Assembly (NCBI GenBank): GCA_043782995.1
Contig: JAYVZV010000009.1
Location: 554 to 64,553 of the forward strand
Length of the DNA: 64,000 nt
Origin: Acidimicrobiales bacterium
Lineage (GTDB): Bacteria > Actinomycetota > Acidimicrobiia > Acidimicrobiales > RAAP-2
Reading direction: 5' to 3'
How positions within the stretch are numbered: the first letter of the stretch is position 1; each line of letters begins with the position of its first letter. The notes beneath the pieces are model-generated. The model ran no database searches and was not told where the DNA came from. It worked only from the letters and a program-made list of their open reading frames with translations. The position numbers were made by a program, and so were the translations under genes. Positions 1 to 8,911 of the stretch are shown one piece after another.

Positions 1-371
1 ATGCCGAACGACGCCGTACCCTTCGGCGCCACGACAACTAGCTTGGCTTTCGCTGTGGCATAGATCTGCGAACGTGAGGTGTGAACGAAGGTCACCGGGT
101 GCGGGCTCGCTGCCTTTGTGTGGGCAGTAATTGTCGGGAACCCTTCAAGTGAGCACGCGGTCGATCCGTGGTTAGTGATCAGAACTGGGAAGCCCAAGTT
201 CCCTGCTGCTGCCCCACCCTTGCCCACTCCGATCGTTAGTGCCGAAGCTGAACACACCGGCACCGTTGTCCCCCCGGAAGTGGTGGCGAGAACCATGAGG
301 TTGATCGGTGCGGCAGAGGCCACACCAGCGAACGCAAGGAGGCTGACAAGTCTTCTGGAACTCTGTTTCAT
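1..371 (-). CDS. secreted DUF4232-like protein, N-terminal part (gene runs off the left edge)
   Basis: Absent from the ORF track because it has no stop in the window. Reverse-strand ATG at 371-369 is preceded by GGAGG. Translates MKQSSRRLVSLLAFAGVASAAP (signal peptide) then CSASALTIGVGKGGAAAGNLGFPVLITNHGSTACSLEGFP, the same Cys/GxxG/N.G...C..G.P pattern as the 17589..18191 gene. Confidence 0.5.
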   Translation of the reverse strand, partial: MKQSSRRLVSLLAFAGVASAAPINLMVLATTSGGTTVPVCSASALTIGVGKGGAAAGNLGFPVLITNHGSTACSLEGFPTITAHTKAASPHPVTFVHTSRSQIYATAKAKLVVVAPKGTASFG

Positions 372-560
372 ACTCGACCTCCAACTGTATGGAGGTCAGC
401 CTAGCGGCCCGGACAGCAGTTTGACGGGCATGCAGGTCTCCCTGATCTCTTGGCGATTGGCGCAGACATTGGAACCCCCATTGATGAAATTCAAGAATGC
501 CGCCCACCGTTTGGAGAGTGTCGGTGTTCAACTTTCGAAGCCCTTCACGACGTCGAAACA

Positions 561-611
561 TCCAGCCTCCAGTGGAAGGTTGCGTTACTGTCGCGTCGGG
601 CCTCCGACACC
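561..611 (+). repeat. REP-like unit, copy 1 (CCTCCAGTG box, 20-nt spacer, GTCGG-GCCT-CCGAC hairpin, ACC)
   Basis: tccaGCCTCCAGTGgaaggttgcgttactgtcgcGTCGGGCCTCCGACACc. Lies between divergent gene starts. Confidence 0.8.
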
Positions 612-696
612 AGCAGAAGGAAATGCAATTTCCTCCGTTTGTCGTAGCTGGGAAGAAGTGCATTCAGCAACTTGAGGCCAATACTGGCTCTCCTGG

Positions 697-3510
697 ATGC
701 TCAGAGCACGAGAAAGTTCCATCTTCTACGATGCACCTATAGATACCCTGACCTTCCTGTTCACGGATATTGAGAAATCAACTGAACTCCTTCGTCGTGT
801 AGGCGGAGACGTCTACTCGAAAATCCTCGAACATCATCATCACCTCATACGTTCGAGCCTGCAGTCAAACAGTGGAGTTGAGCAAGGAACTCAGGGTGAC
901 TCATTCTTTGCAGTATTCACCTCACCAAGCGCTTGCGTCCAAGCGGCGGTGGAGGTGCAACGCGCGTTTGCCAGCAGCGAATGGCCCCTTGGTGAAAAGC
1001 CCCTAGTGCGCATGGGCATACATACAGGGGAAGTGGCAGAGTCGGCGACCGGCCTGGTCGGATATGAAGTCCATCGCGCCGCCAGGATTGGAGCGGTCTG
1101 TCACGGAGGTCAGGTTCTTCTGTCTTCGGCGTCGGCAGGGCTCGTGGCGGATATGTTGCCGGCGGGGGTCACGCTTCGCGACCTCGGCTCGCATCGACTG
1201 AAGGACTTAGGTCGCCCGGAAACTATTCTCCAGCTGGTCATTGAGGGTCTCAAGGATGATTTTCCCCCGTTGCGCTCGCTGGACAATCCAGAACTGGCCA
1301 ACAATCTGCCGGCGTCCTTGAGCCCTTTTATCGGGCGGGCAGACGAGCTCCTTGAGGTTCGGGCGCTCGTGACGAGGATGAGAATGGTTACGCTCATCGG
1401 CGCTGGGGGTTCAGGCAAGACCCGACTCGCTTTGCAGGTGGCGGCGGAGTTGCTCGACGGCAGCGGCGAGGGCGTATGGTTCGTCGACTTCTCTCCAATC
1501 AGCGACCCCGAACTAGTTCCCTCGATAGTGATCAGTTCGCTGCAATTGCGCCAGCAGCCAGACTGCTCGCCGGTCGACTCGCTACTGAAGACGCTGAGGG
1601 ACCAGAACGTCCTCATCATGCTCGACAACTGCGAGCACCTGGTCGATGCCGTCGCGAAACTTGCTGATCTCATTGGGCGGCACTGTCCTAGGGTCTCGCT
1701 GGTTGCTACGTCTCGCGAACCATTGGGTGTCGACGGGGAACAGGTGTACCTGGTTCGCACCCTCTCACTTCCGACCGAAGGCGTCGAAAGTGTTAAGGAT
1801 CTCGAAGGTTCAGATGCCGTCGAGTTGTTTGTGGCTCGAGCGCGGGGCCGTGATTCCACCTTCTGTTTAGAAGACGCAATTGCCCCGATAGTCGCCTCGA
1901 TTTGTCGACGCCTCGACGGCATCCCGTTGGCGATTGAGCTGGCTGCATCGAGATTGTCTTCGATGTCACTCGACGATCTGCACGAGCGCCTGGACCAGCG
2001 GTTCCACCTGCTTACAGGAGGAAGCCGGAGTGCGTTGCCTCGTCATCAGACTCTGGGAGCCATGGTCGCCTGGTCCTACGATCTGTTGATGGAGCCCGAA
2101 CAAGGAGTTCTTCGTCGCCTATCTGTGTTTGTCGGAGGTTTCGATCTGAAGGCCGCCGAAGCTGTCTGCGCCAGCGAAAATGTGCAACCTTTCGAGGTTA
2201 CTGATTTGTTGAGTTCACTGGTCAATAAGAGCCTCGTTGGTGCGGAGAGGTCGTCGACGTCGTTGCGCTACCGACTGCTCGAGACGATTCGCCAGTACGC
2301 GGCGGACCAGTTGATCCAGGTTGGCACGGAGATCGAGACTCTCGCCGCGAGGCGCTGCCACGCTGAGTACTTCCTCCGCCTGTGCGAGGAGGTCGCGCCG
2401 GAGCTGATTAGGGAGAATCAAGGACTCTGGATGAAGAAACTCGACTCAGAGTGGGACAACTTGCAAGCGACGTTCAATTATTTCTCGCGCGAAGGCGACG
2501 GGAGCGAGAAGATCCTGCGGATGGGGGTGTCCGCAAGCCCATTCTTCCTCACGCGACTGCACAAGATCCCGATCGGATTCATTCAAGCCGCGCTCAATAG
2601 TGACGCGGTTATTCCTACTCCCATGAGGGCACGGGCGTTGCTAACGCTCGGAGTACTGATTAGCTTGACCCAGGCGGGCGATCAACCAGAACAGACAGCT
2701 TTCGCGTTGTTGTCCGAAGCAGTGGAAATGGCGAGAGCTATCAATGATACTTCACTCCTTGTCGAGCTATGGCTCGCCAACAGCTCATTCCAACTTGGAT
2801 TCAATGAACTGATGCGCGGTTTCGCGCAGGAGTCAGTCGAAATTGCCAGAGACATCGGCGATGCGAGGTTACTGGGCCAAGCCTTGTTGACTTACGGTAT
2901 CACTCGACCCACTCCACAGGAAGGTCGAGGTTATCAGTTGGAGGCGTTGGCCAATCTGCGCCGGGCTGGGGATCTTCAAATGGTGTGCACTACCCTTTTC
3001 TACCTCTCAAACAGCGCTCTCTTCGAAGGGTTGCTCGAAGAAACTCTGGCTTTCCAGAAGGAGGCAACGGAAATTGCTGTGGAACTTGATTCCCCTTTCC
3101 ATAAAGAGTTGCTGTGGGGAGCAATCGGTGGGACCCTCTATCTGCTGGGAGAGGTGGTGGAAGCCGAGCGGTACAGTCGTCAGGCGCTCTTCAACTCGCG
3201 GCGAGTGGGTGCGCGATCGGACTCCATCTATTGGATCATTTTCGTTCTAGCGTGCTGCGCAACGAGCAAGGAGGATTATGTGCGAGGCGCTCAATTGGTT
3301 GGGGTGCACGAGGCGATAGAGCGTGAGCTTCCCGAGCCGTTGCGTGGGTTCTGGTCTCCGTTGGAAATCGAAATGCGCAGGCGAAATAACGAATGTTTGG
3401 CGGAAGCCCTCGGTGTTGCACAGTTCGAACGACTCAAGGGGATCGGCGGGGAACTGACTCTCGACCAAATGATCGATCTTGGCCTCGCCCGGATTCAAAT
3501 TATTCAATAG
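697..3510 (+). CDS. class III adenylate/guanylate cyclase domain fused to a STAND (AAA/NB-ARC-like) ATPase and TPR-like C-terminal repeats
   Basis: N-terminus LTFLFTDIEKSTELL...GDSFFAVF...GIHTGEV...EVHRAARI is a cyclase homology domain. Walker A is GAGGSGKTRLA. Long helical repeat tail. No LuxR-type HTH recognised at the C-terminus. Confidence 0.85.
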   Translation: MLRARESSIFYDAPIDTLTFLFTDIEKSTELLRRVGGDVYSKILEHHHHLIRSSLQSNSGVEQGTQGDSFFAVFTSPSACVQAAVEVQRAFASSEWPLGEKPLVRMGIHTGEVAESATGLVGYEVHRAARIGAVCHGGQVLLSSASAGLVADMLPAGVTLRDLGSHRLKDLGRPETILQLVIEGLKDDFPPLRSLDNPELANNLPASLSPFIGRADELLEVRALVTRMRMVTLIGAGGSGKTRLALQVAAELLDGSGEGVWFVDFSPISDPELVPSIVISSLQLRQQPDCSPVDSLLKTLRDQNVLIMLDNCEHLVDAVAKLADLIGRHCPRVSLVATSREPLGVDGEQVYLVRTLSLPTEGVESVKDLEGSDAVELFVARARGRDSTFCLEDAIAPIVASICRRLDGIPLAIELAASRLSSMSLDDLHERLDQRFHLLTGGSRSALPRHQTLGAMVAWSYDLLMEPEQGVLRRLSVFVGGFDLKAAEAVCASENVQPFEVTDLLSSLVNKSLVGAERSSTSLRYRLLETIRQYAADQLIQVGTEIETLAARRCHAEYFLRLCEEVAPELIRENQGLWMKKLDSEWDNLQATFNYFSREGDGSEKILRMGVSASPFFLTRLHKIPIGFIQAALNSDAVIPTPMRARALLTLGVLISLTQAGDQPEQTAFALLSEAVEMARAINDTSLLVELWLANSSFQLGFNELMRGFAQESVEIARDIGDARLLGQALLTYGITRPTPQEGRGYQLEALANLRRAGDLQMVCTTLFYLSNSALFEGLLEETLAFQKEATEIAVELDSPFHKELLWGAIGGTLYLLGEVVEAERYSRQALFNSRRVGARSDSIYWIIFVLACCATSKEDYVRGAQLVGVHEAIERELPEPLRGFWSPLEIEMRRRNNECLAEALGVAQFERLKGIGGELTLDQMIDLGLARIQIIQ

Positions 3511-3666
3511 TCTCCTTCTACGGTCATCGAACTGATACTTCGCTGCGCCAGACATTGGTTGATGTTGAGCCCGAAGACAGCGGCATCATGACGTCAATCG
3601 CCAGGGACTGGCAGCAGAACGATGACCTCGGGCCTCTGACAATCTTTAAGCCTTATCGGGTTGAAG

Positions 3667-3712
3667 TCGCCAAAGGTAGGTTGCATTCCTGTCACGTCGG
3701 GCCTCTGACGCC
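3667..3712 (+). repeat. REP-like unit, copy 2 (diverged)
   Basis: gtcgCCAAAGgtaggttgcattcctgtcacGTCGGGCCTCTGACGCC. Spacer is 20 nt. Intergenic, after the cyclase stop. Confidence 0.65.
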
Positions 3713-3749
3713 AGTGAGAGGATGGCTCCGAACAGTCTTGCAGTCAGGG

Positions 3750-4934
3750 ATGGGTATCCGGATCTATGAGCATCGGAGGTCGGCCGTTAAGTTTGGGAGA
3801 GTCACCGTAGGCTGCATTTCGCTCGCGATAGTGGTCGGCGTTGGCACGTTGATGCCGATTGCTCGTGTCGCGTCAGCCGTTGGCGCGACGTCGGTCACGC
3901 TGCCTTCCTACTTGAAAGCAACTCAGCCCGTGCAGGCATCGCGTGCCGGTTCGTCCTCGGCGATCTACGTGCTCTGGCAGCGGAGCGGCACCTGTACAAA
4001 TTGCTGGGTGCTCACCCGCACGACTTACGATTTTCGACCTCTCGTGCGCGTCACGACGCCACCGGACTCTCCGAATGCGAACGGTTCGCCGACTGGGACG
4101 CTGGCGTTCCTGGTCTTCGCTGACGCTCGTGATGGCATGGCCCTCTACCAATCGAGCGCTGGTCGTGACTCACTCTTCGTCACTCACGATGGAGCCGCAA
4201 CGTGGGTTCCCTGGCCAATGTCAAAGGGAGCGCAGATCATGGACCTGACGACTTCACCTACGGGGTTCTTCGCGACCGAGCGCGTGTGCGCGACCAGTTC
4301 ATTCAAGTGCGTTGACACCTTCCTGCTTCGCGCAAGCCCTCACGCCACACGTTGGACCATCACGCCAATTCCCGGTGCACAAAAGCTGCAGGGTGAAATG
4401 ATCAGTGTGGCCGCGTGGCGCCATCATGTTTGGCTCGCGGGGAACACGACGACCAAGACCTACGCATTCTTGGCCACTTCTTCTGACGGCGGCAGGACCT
4501 TTTCGACTCGCGGCGCTCAGGCTCTCATCAGTCTCTCGTCCTGCGGTCTCACCGCGTCATCCGAGACAGCCCTGTGGGCAGGATGCCGCGGAGGGATGGC
4601 GATCGACCTGATGCACAGTGCAGACGCCGGAGGAACGTGGACCCAGATTCCGACGCCGGCCCCGTTCATGGGTACTGGCGGAGGAATCTTGACCCCACTC
4701 TCTGGGTCGACTGCCTACCTCGACATGGGACTTGGAAAATTCCCCTTCTACTTCGTCGGCGGAAGCGGCCGCGCACTAACCGCACGGGGCAAGGCACCTC
4801 TCCAACTCTTCACATCTCTCGTGTTCGTCAGTCCGCGCCAGGGCTTGGCCCTCGGTCAAACGACGGAAGGGTCGAGTTTCTCGGCGGCGTTCACCAGTGA
4901 CGGCGGGCGTCATTGGACCCACGTCCATCCCTAG
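3750..4934 (+). CDS. secreted BNR/Asp-box repeat protein (sialidase / Ycf48-like beta-propeller)
   Basis: Four S/T-x-D-x-G-x-T-W/F boxes (THDGAATW, SSDGGRTFS, SADAGGTWT, TSDGGRHWT). Hydrophobic signal-like segment after the internal ATG at 3750. The upstream part of ORF 3393.. crosses a repeat unit and looks non-coding. Confidence 0.7.
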   Translation: MGIRIYEHRRSAVKFGRVTVGCISLAIVVGVGTLMPIARVASAVGATSVTLPSYLKATQPVQASRAGSSSAIYVLWQRSGTCTNCWVLTRTTYDFRPLVRVTTPPDSPNANGSPTGTLAFLVFADARDGMALYQSSAGRDSLFVTHDGAATWVPWPMSKGAQIMDLTTSPTGFFATERVCATSSFKCVDTFLLRASPHATRWTITPIPGAQKLQGEMISVAAWRHHVWLAGNTTTKTYAFLATSSDGGRTFSTRGAQALISLSSCGLTASSETALWAGCRGGMAIDLMHSADAGGTWTQIPTPAPFMGTGGGILTPLSGSTAYLDMGLGKFPFYFVGGSGRALTARGKAPLQLFTSLVFVSPRQGLALGQTTEGSSFSAAFTSDGGRHWTHVHP

Positions 4935-4948
4935 CCCCGACAGTCATC

Positions 4949-4983
4949 GGTAGATTCATTGTTGCATCCCGCCTCCGACACCC
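4949..4983 (+). repeat. REP-like unit, partial copy 3a (left hairpin arm lost)
   Basis: ggtagattcattgttgcATCCCGCCTCCGACACC. Confidence 0.5.
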
Positions 4984-4994
4984 GTCAACACAAA

Positions 4995-5052
4995 ATTGCA
5001 TCAAGCCTCCAATGCATGGTGGCAGAACTGTTGCGTCGGGCCTCCGACACCA
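4995..5052 (+). repeat. REP-like unit, copy 3b
   Basis: attgcatcaaGCCTCCAATGcatggtggcagaactgttgcGTCGGGCCTCCGACACca. Confidence 0.85.
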
Positions 5053-5086
5053 CAGGTTTGCAACCCTGGTTCAGTCCAACCTCTTG
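5037..5086 (+). repeat. 50-bp direct repeat, copy A (repeat-unit 3' end plus recombinase tail)
   Basis: 48 of 50 nt identical to 12593..12642. Confidence 0.9.
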
Positions 5087-5439
5087 CAACGTCACCAAAA
5101 ACGGTGGTGCGCCAACAACTTGAACCGTCAATCGGTCCGGGAAGATGTTGACCGAGTCCACGAGGTCATCGATCAGAAGTTAACGCTCGGCGGGACTCGC
5201 TTCCTCCCAGAACTCGTCGAGATTGAGGTCAGCGAGCAGTGCTGAAACTTGGTCGAACTTGCTCAATGCCTGCGTGCTGGTTCGCTGAACGAGTTCAACG
5301 GCTTCGACTTCAACTTGCAATCCCAATCGTTGCGTCGTGAGTCTGGTCGACTCGAGGGCGAAGCCATCTTGATCGATCTTGTCGGCATAGTAGAGATCGA
5401 GGAGCTTTCGTTCCTTCACCCTGAGTGAAGCGATCACTG

Positions 5440-6900
5440 AAGCCGCGCTGGGGCCCTTTGGGATGGGGCTGACGCGAAGATAGGCCTAACTCACGCAGCT
5501 GTGGGTTCCAAAGTCACCGTATAGCCCAAGTTTCGAAGTTGGTCGATGGCACGTCGTTTCGCTTTTTCGGGGTATCGCTTGGCGTAGAAGTCTGCACCGG
5601 GTTCGTTGTAGGGCTCTCCGGTCTGGAGCATGTTCCACGCCGTTATGAGCATGGCGTGTTCGATCGCCACCACCGCCTTGACGGGCCCTCGTCGCGAGGC
5701 GATTCGCCGATATTTGGCCGCGTAGTAGGTGCCGTGAGAGCGTGACGCGCTCAAGGCCGCAATCCCGAGAGCGCCCTTGAGGTAGGGGTTGCCCGGACGA
5801 GTACGCGTTGACTTGATCCGGCCCGCGGACTCGTTCGATCCGGGACACACTTCGGCCCGCGACGCCAAGTGGCCCGCGGTGAGGAACCTGCTCATGTCAG
5901 CACCGGTCTCGGCGATGATGACGTCAGCGACTCTCGTTGAGATCCCCGGGATCGTCGAAATCAGATCCCGGGCTGCTCGAAAAGGTTCCATCACCGCCCC
6001 GATGCGCGCCGTGATCTCGTCGGTCGCTCTGGCTCGCTGGTCGATGAGGTCCAATTGGATCTGCACCAGGAACGCGTGGTGTTCGCTGAAGCGACCGTTG
6101 AGTGCCTCAGTGAGCTCAGGAATCTTATTTCGTAGCCTGCCCTTGGCCATCTCGGCAAGAACAGACGGGTTGCGCTCGCCGGCCACGAGGGCGTCGAGAA
6201 TAATGCGAGACGAGACGCCGTTCATTGCCGTGGCGACCGACGAGAGCTTCACCCCGGTGTCCTCCATCAACTTCTCCAAGCGCTGGATCTCACGAGTGCG
6301 TTCACGAATGATGGTGGTGCGCGTGCGTGTGAGATCGCGAAGTTGGCGAATCGGCTCGGGTGGCACGAACGACGCCCGCACCAGACCGTGGGCGCCGAGC
6401 TGCGCCAACCACGCCGCGTCCGAGACGTCGGTCTTTCGACCGGGCAGATTCTTCACGTGTCGGGCATTGACGAGCATGACCTCGTAGGGCCCCTCCTCGA
6501 GCAGGTAGTAGAAGGGTTTCCAGTAGTCACTGGTCGCCTCCATCACGACCATCGTCACCCGCTCGGCGATGAGGTGTTCGCGCAGCGCCAGGATCTGGCT
6601 GGTCACCGCAGCCCACGTCGTCACCTTCGAGCTTGCTCTCGCTCGACCCGGTTCTTGAGTTCGCACGCAGACCATGACGTCTCTCTTGGAGATGTCCAGA
6701 CCCGCGCATCGGTAATGGACGATGTCCACGATGTCTCCCTTCCGTTGACTTTGTAGGTGTCCGGCCCGCGGAGAGCGAGATAATTCAGAAGTCTGACGCT
6801 CGTGCTCTAAGGCAACAGTCCACGGTTCTCGTGGTAGCCCTCCTCCACCATGCTGCTGAACAGGCTCATGGCACTACAGTCCCTTCGGTGTCTAACCGGA
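5440..6900 (-). mobile_element. IS110-family insertion sequence (ends not mapped; coordinates approximate)
   Basis: Intact transposase flanked by gene remnants on both sides. IS110 elements lack inverted repeats, so the ends cannot be read directly from a single copy. Confidence 0.5.
5491..6729 (-). CDS. IS110-family (DEDD) transposase
   Basis: 412 aa. N-terminus MDIVHYRCAGLDISKRDVMVCV, and C-terminal LISTIPGISTRVADVIIAETG helix-hairpin-helix region typical of IS110/IS116/IS902 transposases. GTG start preceded by AAGGGAGA. Confidence 0.9.
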   Translation of the reverse strand: MDIVHYRCAGLDISKRDVMVCVRTQEPGRARASSKVTTWAAVTSQILALREHLIAERVTMVVMEATSDYWKPFYYLLEEGPYEVMLVNARHVKNLPGRKTDVSDAAWLAQLGAHGLVRASFVPPEPIRQLRDLTRTRTTIIRERTREIQRLEKLMEDTGVKLSSVATAMNGVSSRIILDALVAGERNPSVLAEMAKGRLRNKIPELTEALNGRFSEHHAFLVQIQLDLIDQRARATDEITARIGAVMEPFRAARDLISTIPGISTRVADVIIAETGADMSRFLTAGHLASRAEVCPGSNESAGRIKSTRTRPGNPYLKGALGIAALSASRSHGTYYAAKYRRIASRRGPVKAVVAIEHAMLITAWNMLQTGEPYNEPGADFYAKRYPEKAKRRAIDQLRNLGYTVTLEPTAA

Positions 6901-7032
6901 CCGAACGTTTCGAATAGTACTGAGCGCGAGGACATTTGGCGAGTGGCAGATCACGTGAGTCCCGCACGAACTATCTTCTTTCCGCACGGCGAGCCAGCGG
7001 CGGGCTCTACGTTGCTGCTGACGATTCCCTTG

Positions 7033-7248
7033 TCACGTTGACAAGGAAACCATCAGCAGCCAATAACGGTGCGTAGTCAGCGCTCGCGTACCCACGGCGA
7101 TTGAGTCATTCGTCGGTCGCTGAGTTACCAAGACCGCGGTGCAACCAACGGCTCTACCAAGACTCAGATAGCGACGAAGGAGCCCGTTAGTATGAGCGCG
7201 TTGCTTCACGTCACCCGCTGCACCGATTTCGGCCCATTCATCAATCAC
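7033..7248 (-). pseudogene. FtsK/SpoIIIE-family (conjugative Tra-like) ATPase fragment
   Basis: MIDEWAEI...LLRRYLSLGRAVGCTAVLVTQRPTNDSI matches the Walker B to TQRP segment of FtsK-like translocases. Only about 70 codons are open. Confidence 0.5.
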
Positions 7249-7454
7249 CAGGACAATTCACGGATTTATGTTCGTAGAGCGGAGCGTCGCCGTTTGTGTA
7301 GTGGCCAAATGTTCGGCGCGCCACTGTATTTCCACGAGCAGGTCGTTGAGTAATGTGACATTCGCCCCAACTTCATTGCGTGGAACCTTGTCGCGTCGAC
7401 CCGACCCGCGGTCCGCCCGCTGTTGTAATTCGCCAGGGTGCGCCCACGCTCGGT

Positions 7455-8078
7455 CTAGGGCGAAGTGAAAAGTGCGCTGACGCTGCGTCGAAGAATGGAG
7501 CGGATCCGGGCCTTGTCGATGGCACTTGGCTCGACGGAAAGGTAGTCTACTTCCAAACCGGCAAGTAGTCCGAGGAGCACCTGTGCGTCGACCACTGGCA
7601 TCGGTGATCCCAGCCGGCCAGCCACATCGCTCAACTCTCGCCTCATTGGGATCTGCCACGAGCGCGATAGCGCCGCAAGGTTGGGCTCACGGGTTGCGCC
7701 GATGAGCAATTCGTACTCTGCGATCAACTGATTGCGATGGTCAGTGAGCCCGCCTATGAGAAACTTTGAGAGCTCATCAGCAAATTGGTGAGTCGAACGT
7801 CCGGGAGAGAGTTTGCGCGTAGCGGCAAGGACTCGATTGGTTTCACGTTCGGCGTGCAACTTGAAGGCTTCCGAAATTATGGCTGACTTCGAGGAGAAAT
7901 AGTAGGTCGTTGCACCAAGCGGAATGTCGGCCTCCAACGCGAGCGCCCTCATCGTCAGCTCGGAGAGGCCGTCTCGTGCGATGATCCGCAGGGCGGCGTC
8001 CAGGATTTCGATCTTCCTTTTCTTTCCGCGCTGGCTGAACTGGCGACCTACTTCCACGGCCGTAGGGGGGGCGTTCAC
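7455..8078 (-). CDS. TetR/AcrR family transcriptional regulator
   Basis: RKIEILDAALRIIARDGLSELTMRALALEADIPLGATTYYFSSK is an N-terminal TetR HTH. GTG start lies 2 nt after the SDR stop. Confidence 0.85.
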   Translation of the reverse strand: MNAPPTAVEVGRQFSQRGKKRKIEILDAALRIIARDGLSELTMRALALEADIPLGATTYYFSSKSAIISEAFKLHAERETNRVLAATRKLSPGRSTHQFADELSKFLIGGLTDHRNQLIAEYELLIGATREPNLAALSRSWQIPMRRELSDVAGRLGSPMPVVDAQVLLGLLAGLEVDYLSVEPSAIDKARIRSILRRSVSALFTSP

Positions 8079-8080
8079 CT

Positions 8081-8911
8081 TTACTCCACAATCTCTGCGG
8101 GCACGTGGATTCCGATCGTCTGGCCACCATCGACGACGATTTGCTGACCGGTGATCCAGGAGGCCGCCGGCGAGACGAGAAAACCCACTGCCGCGGCAAC
8201 GTCAGCCGGGACACCAAATCGACCGACCGGTATGTGGCGAAGATAATCGGGCCCATGCACCTGGTGCGTGATGAGGCTCTCGGTCATTCGGGTGGCTACT
8301 AAGCCGGGGGAGATGGCGTTGACGGTAATCGCGTCGGGAGCGAGCTCAATGGCCGCACTGCGAACGAGCCCGATGAGACCAGCCTTTGATGCGTTGTATG
8401 CGGTGAAGTTCGACTCGACGAAGAAGGCGTTGGTCGAGGCAATCACCACGATTCGCCCCCCTCGTCCAACCATTTGTTGCGCGGCCAGCTGAATGGTGTG
8501 GAACGCACCGGTGAGGTTAACCGAGATGACCTCGTCCCATTGTTCCTCGGTCATGTCGAGGAGGGGAGCACCGTGATCGACTCCCGCATTCGCCACGACC
8601 ATATCGAGCGCACCGAACCGGGCCACACATTCGTCGATGCTACTTGCCACGTCGCCTCGTAAGGAGACGTCGCTGACGAGATGGAACGCCCGTCCGGTTC
8701 CGAATCGGGCGCAGAGATCCTCGGCTACCTCGTCCCCGCCTGGCGATCTGGAGGTCATGCACACCGAGGTCCCCTTCTTCAAGAGGTACTCGACGATGCC
8801 CAGGCCGATTCCACGGGTACCACCGGTGACGACGGCCACCAAACCCTCAAGCGATTCTCCATCAGGAGGCATTGAGTCGGCGCCGGTATGGGTGGTTCGG
8901 TTCAAAAGCAT
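8081..8911 (-). CDS. SDR family oxidoreductase
   Basis: VAVVTGGTRGIG Rossmann motif and YNASKAG catalytic motif. ATG overlaps the upstream stop (TAATG). Confidence 0.85.
   Translation of the reverse strand: MLLNRTTHTGADSMPPDGESLEGLVAVVTGGTRGIGLGIVEYLLKKGTSVCMTSRSPGGDEVAEDLCARFGTGRAFHLVSDVSLRGDVASSIDECVARFGALDMVVANAGVDHGAPLLDMTEEQWDEVISVNLTGAFHTIQLAAQQMVGRGGRIVVIASTNAFFVESNFTAYNASKAGLIGLVRSAAIELAPDAITVNAISPGLVATRMTESLITHQVHGPDYLRHIPVGRFGVPADVAAAVGFLVSPAASWITGQQIVVDGGQTIGIHVPAEIVE

Larger units (their letters stand above)
4985..5490 (-). pseudogene. large serine recombinase, C-terminal remnant with in-frame TAA; catalytic N-terminus absent
   Basis: Reverse frame reads ...SLRVKERKLLDLYYADKIDQDGF...LNLDEFWEEASPAER*LLIDDLVDSVNIFPDRLTVQVVGAPPFLVTLQEVGLNQGCKPVVSEARRN.... 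This is the coiled-coil plus tail typical of large serine recombinases. TAA lies at 5182-5180. The frame continues into repeat copy 3b to TGA at 4987-4985. Upstream it abuts the IS110 element. Confidence 0.6.

Noticed and set aside
118-742. ORFs 118..675, 172..663, 450..647 and 497..742 at the left end
   Set aside because: They cross a repeat unit, which is the source of the VGPPTP/SGLRH peptides. They also overlap the real reverse-strand DUF4232-like gene start at 371. None has consistent codon bias.
7028-7046. Perfect palindrome CCTTGTCA-cgt-TGACAAGG as an operator or IS end
   Set aside because: It is a single occurrence overlapping the stop of the FtsK-like fragment. No partner site and no adjacent intact gene give it meaning.
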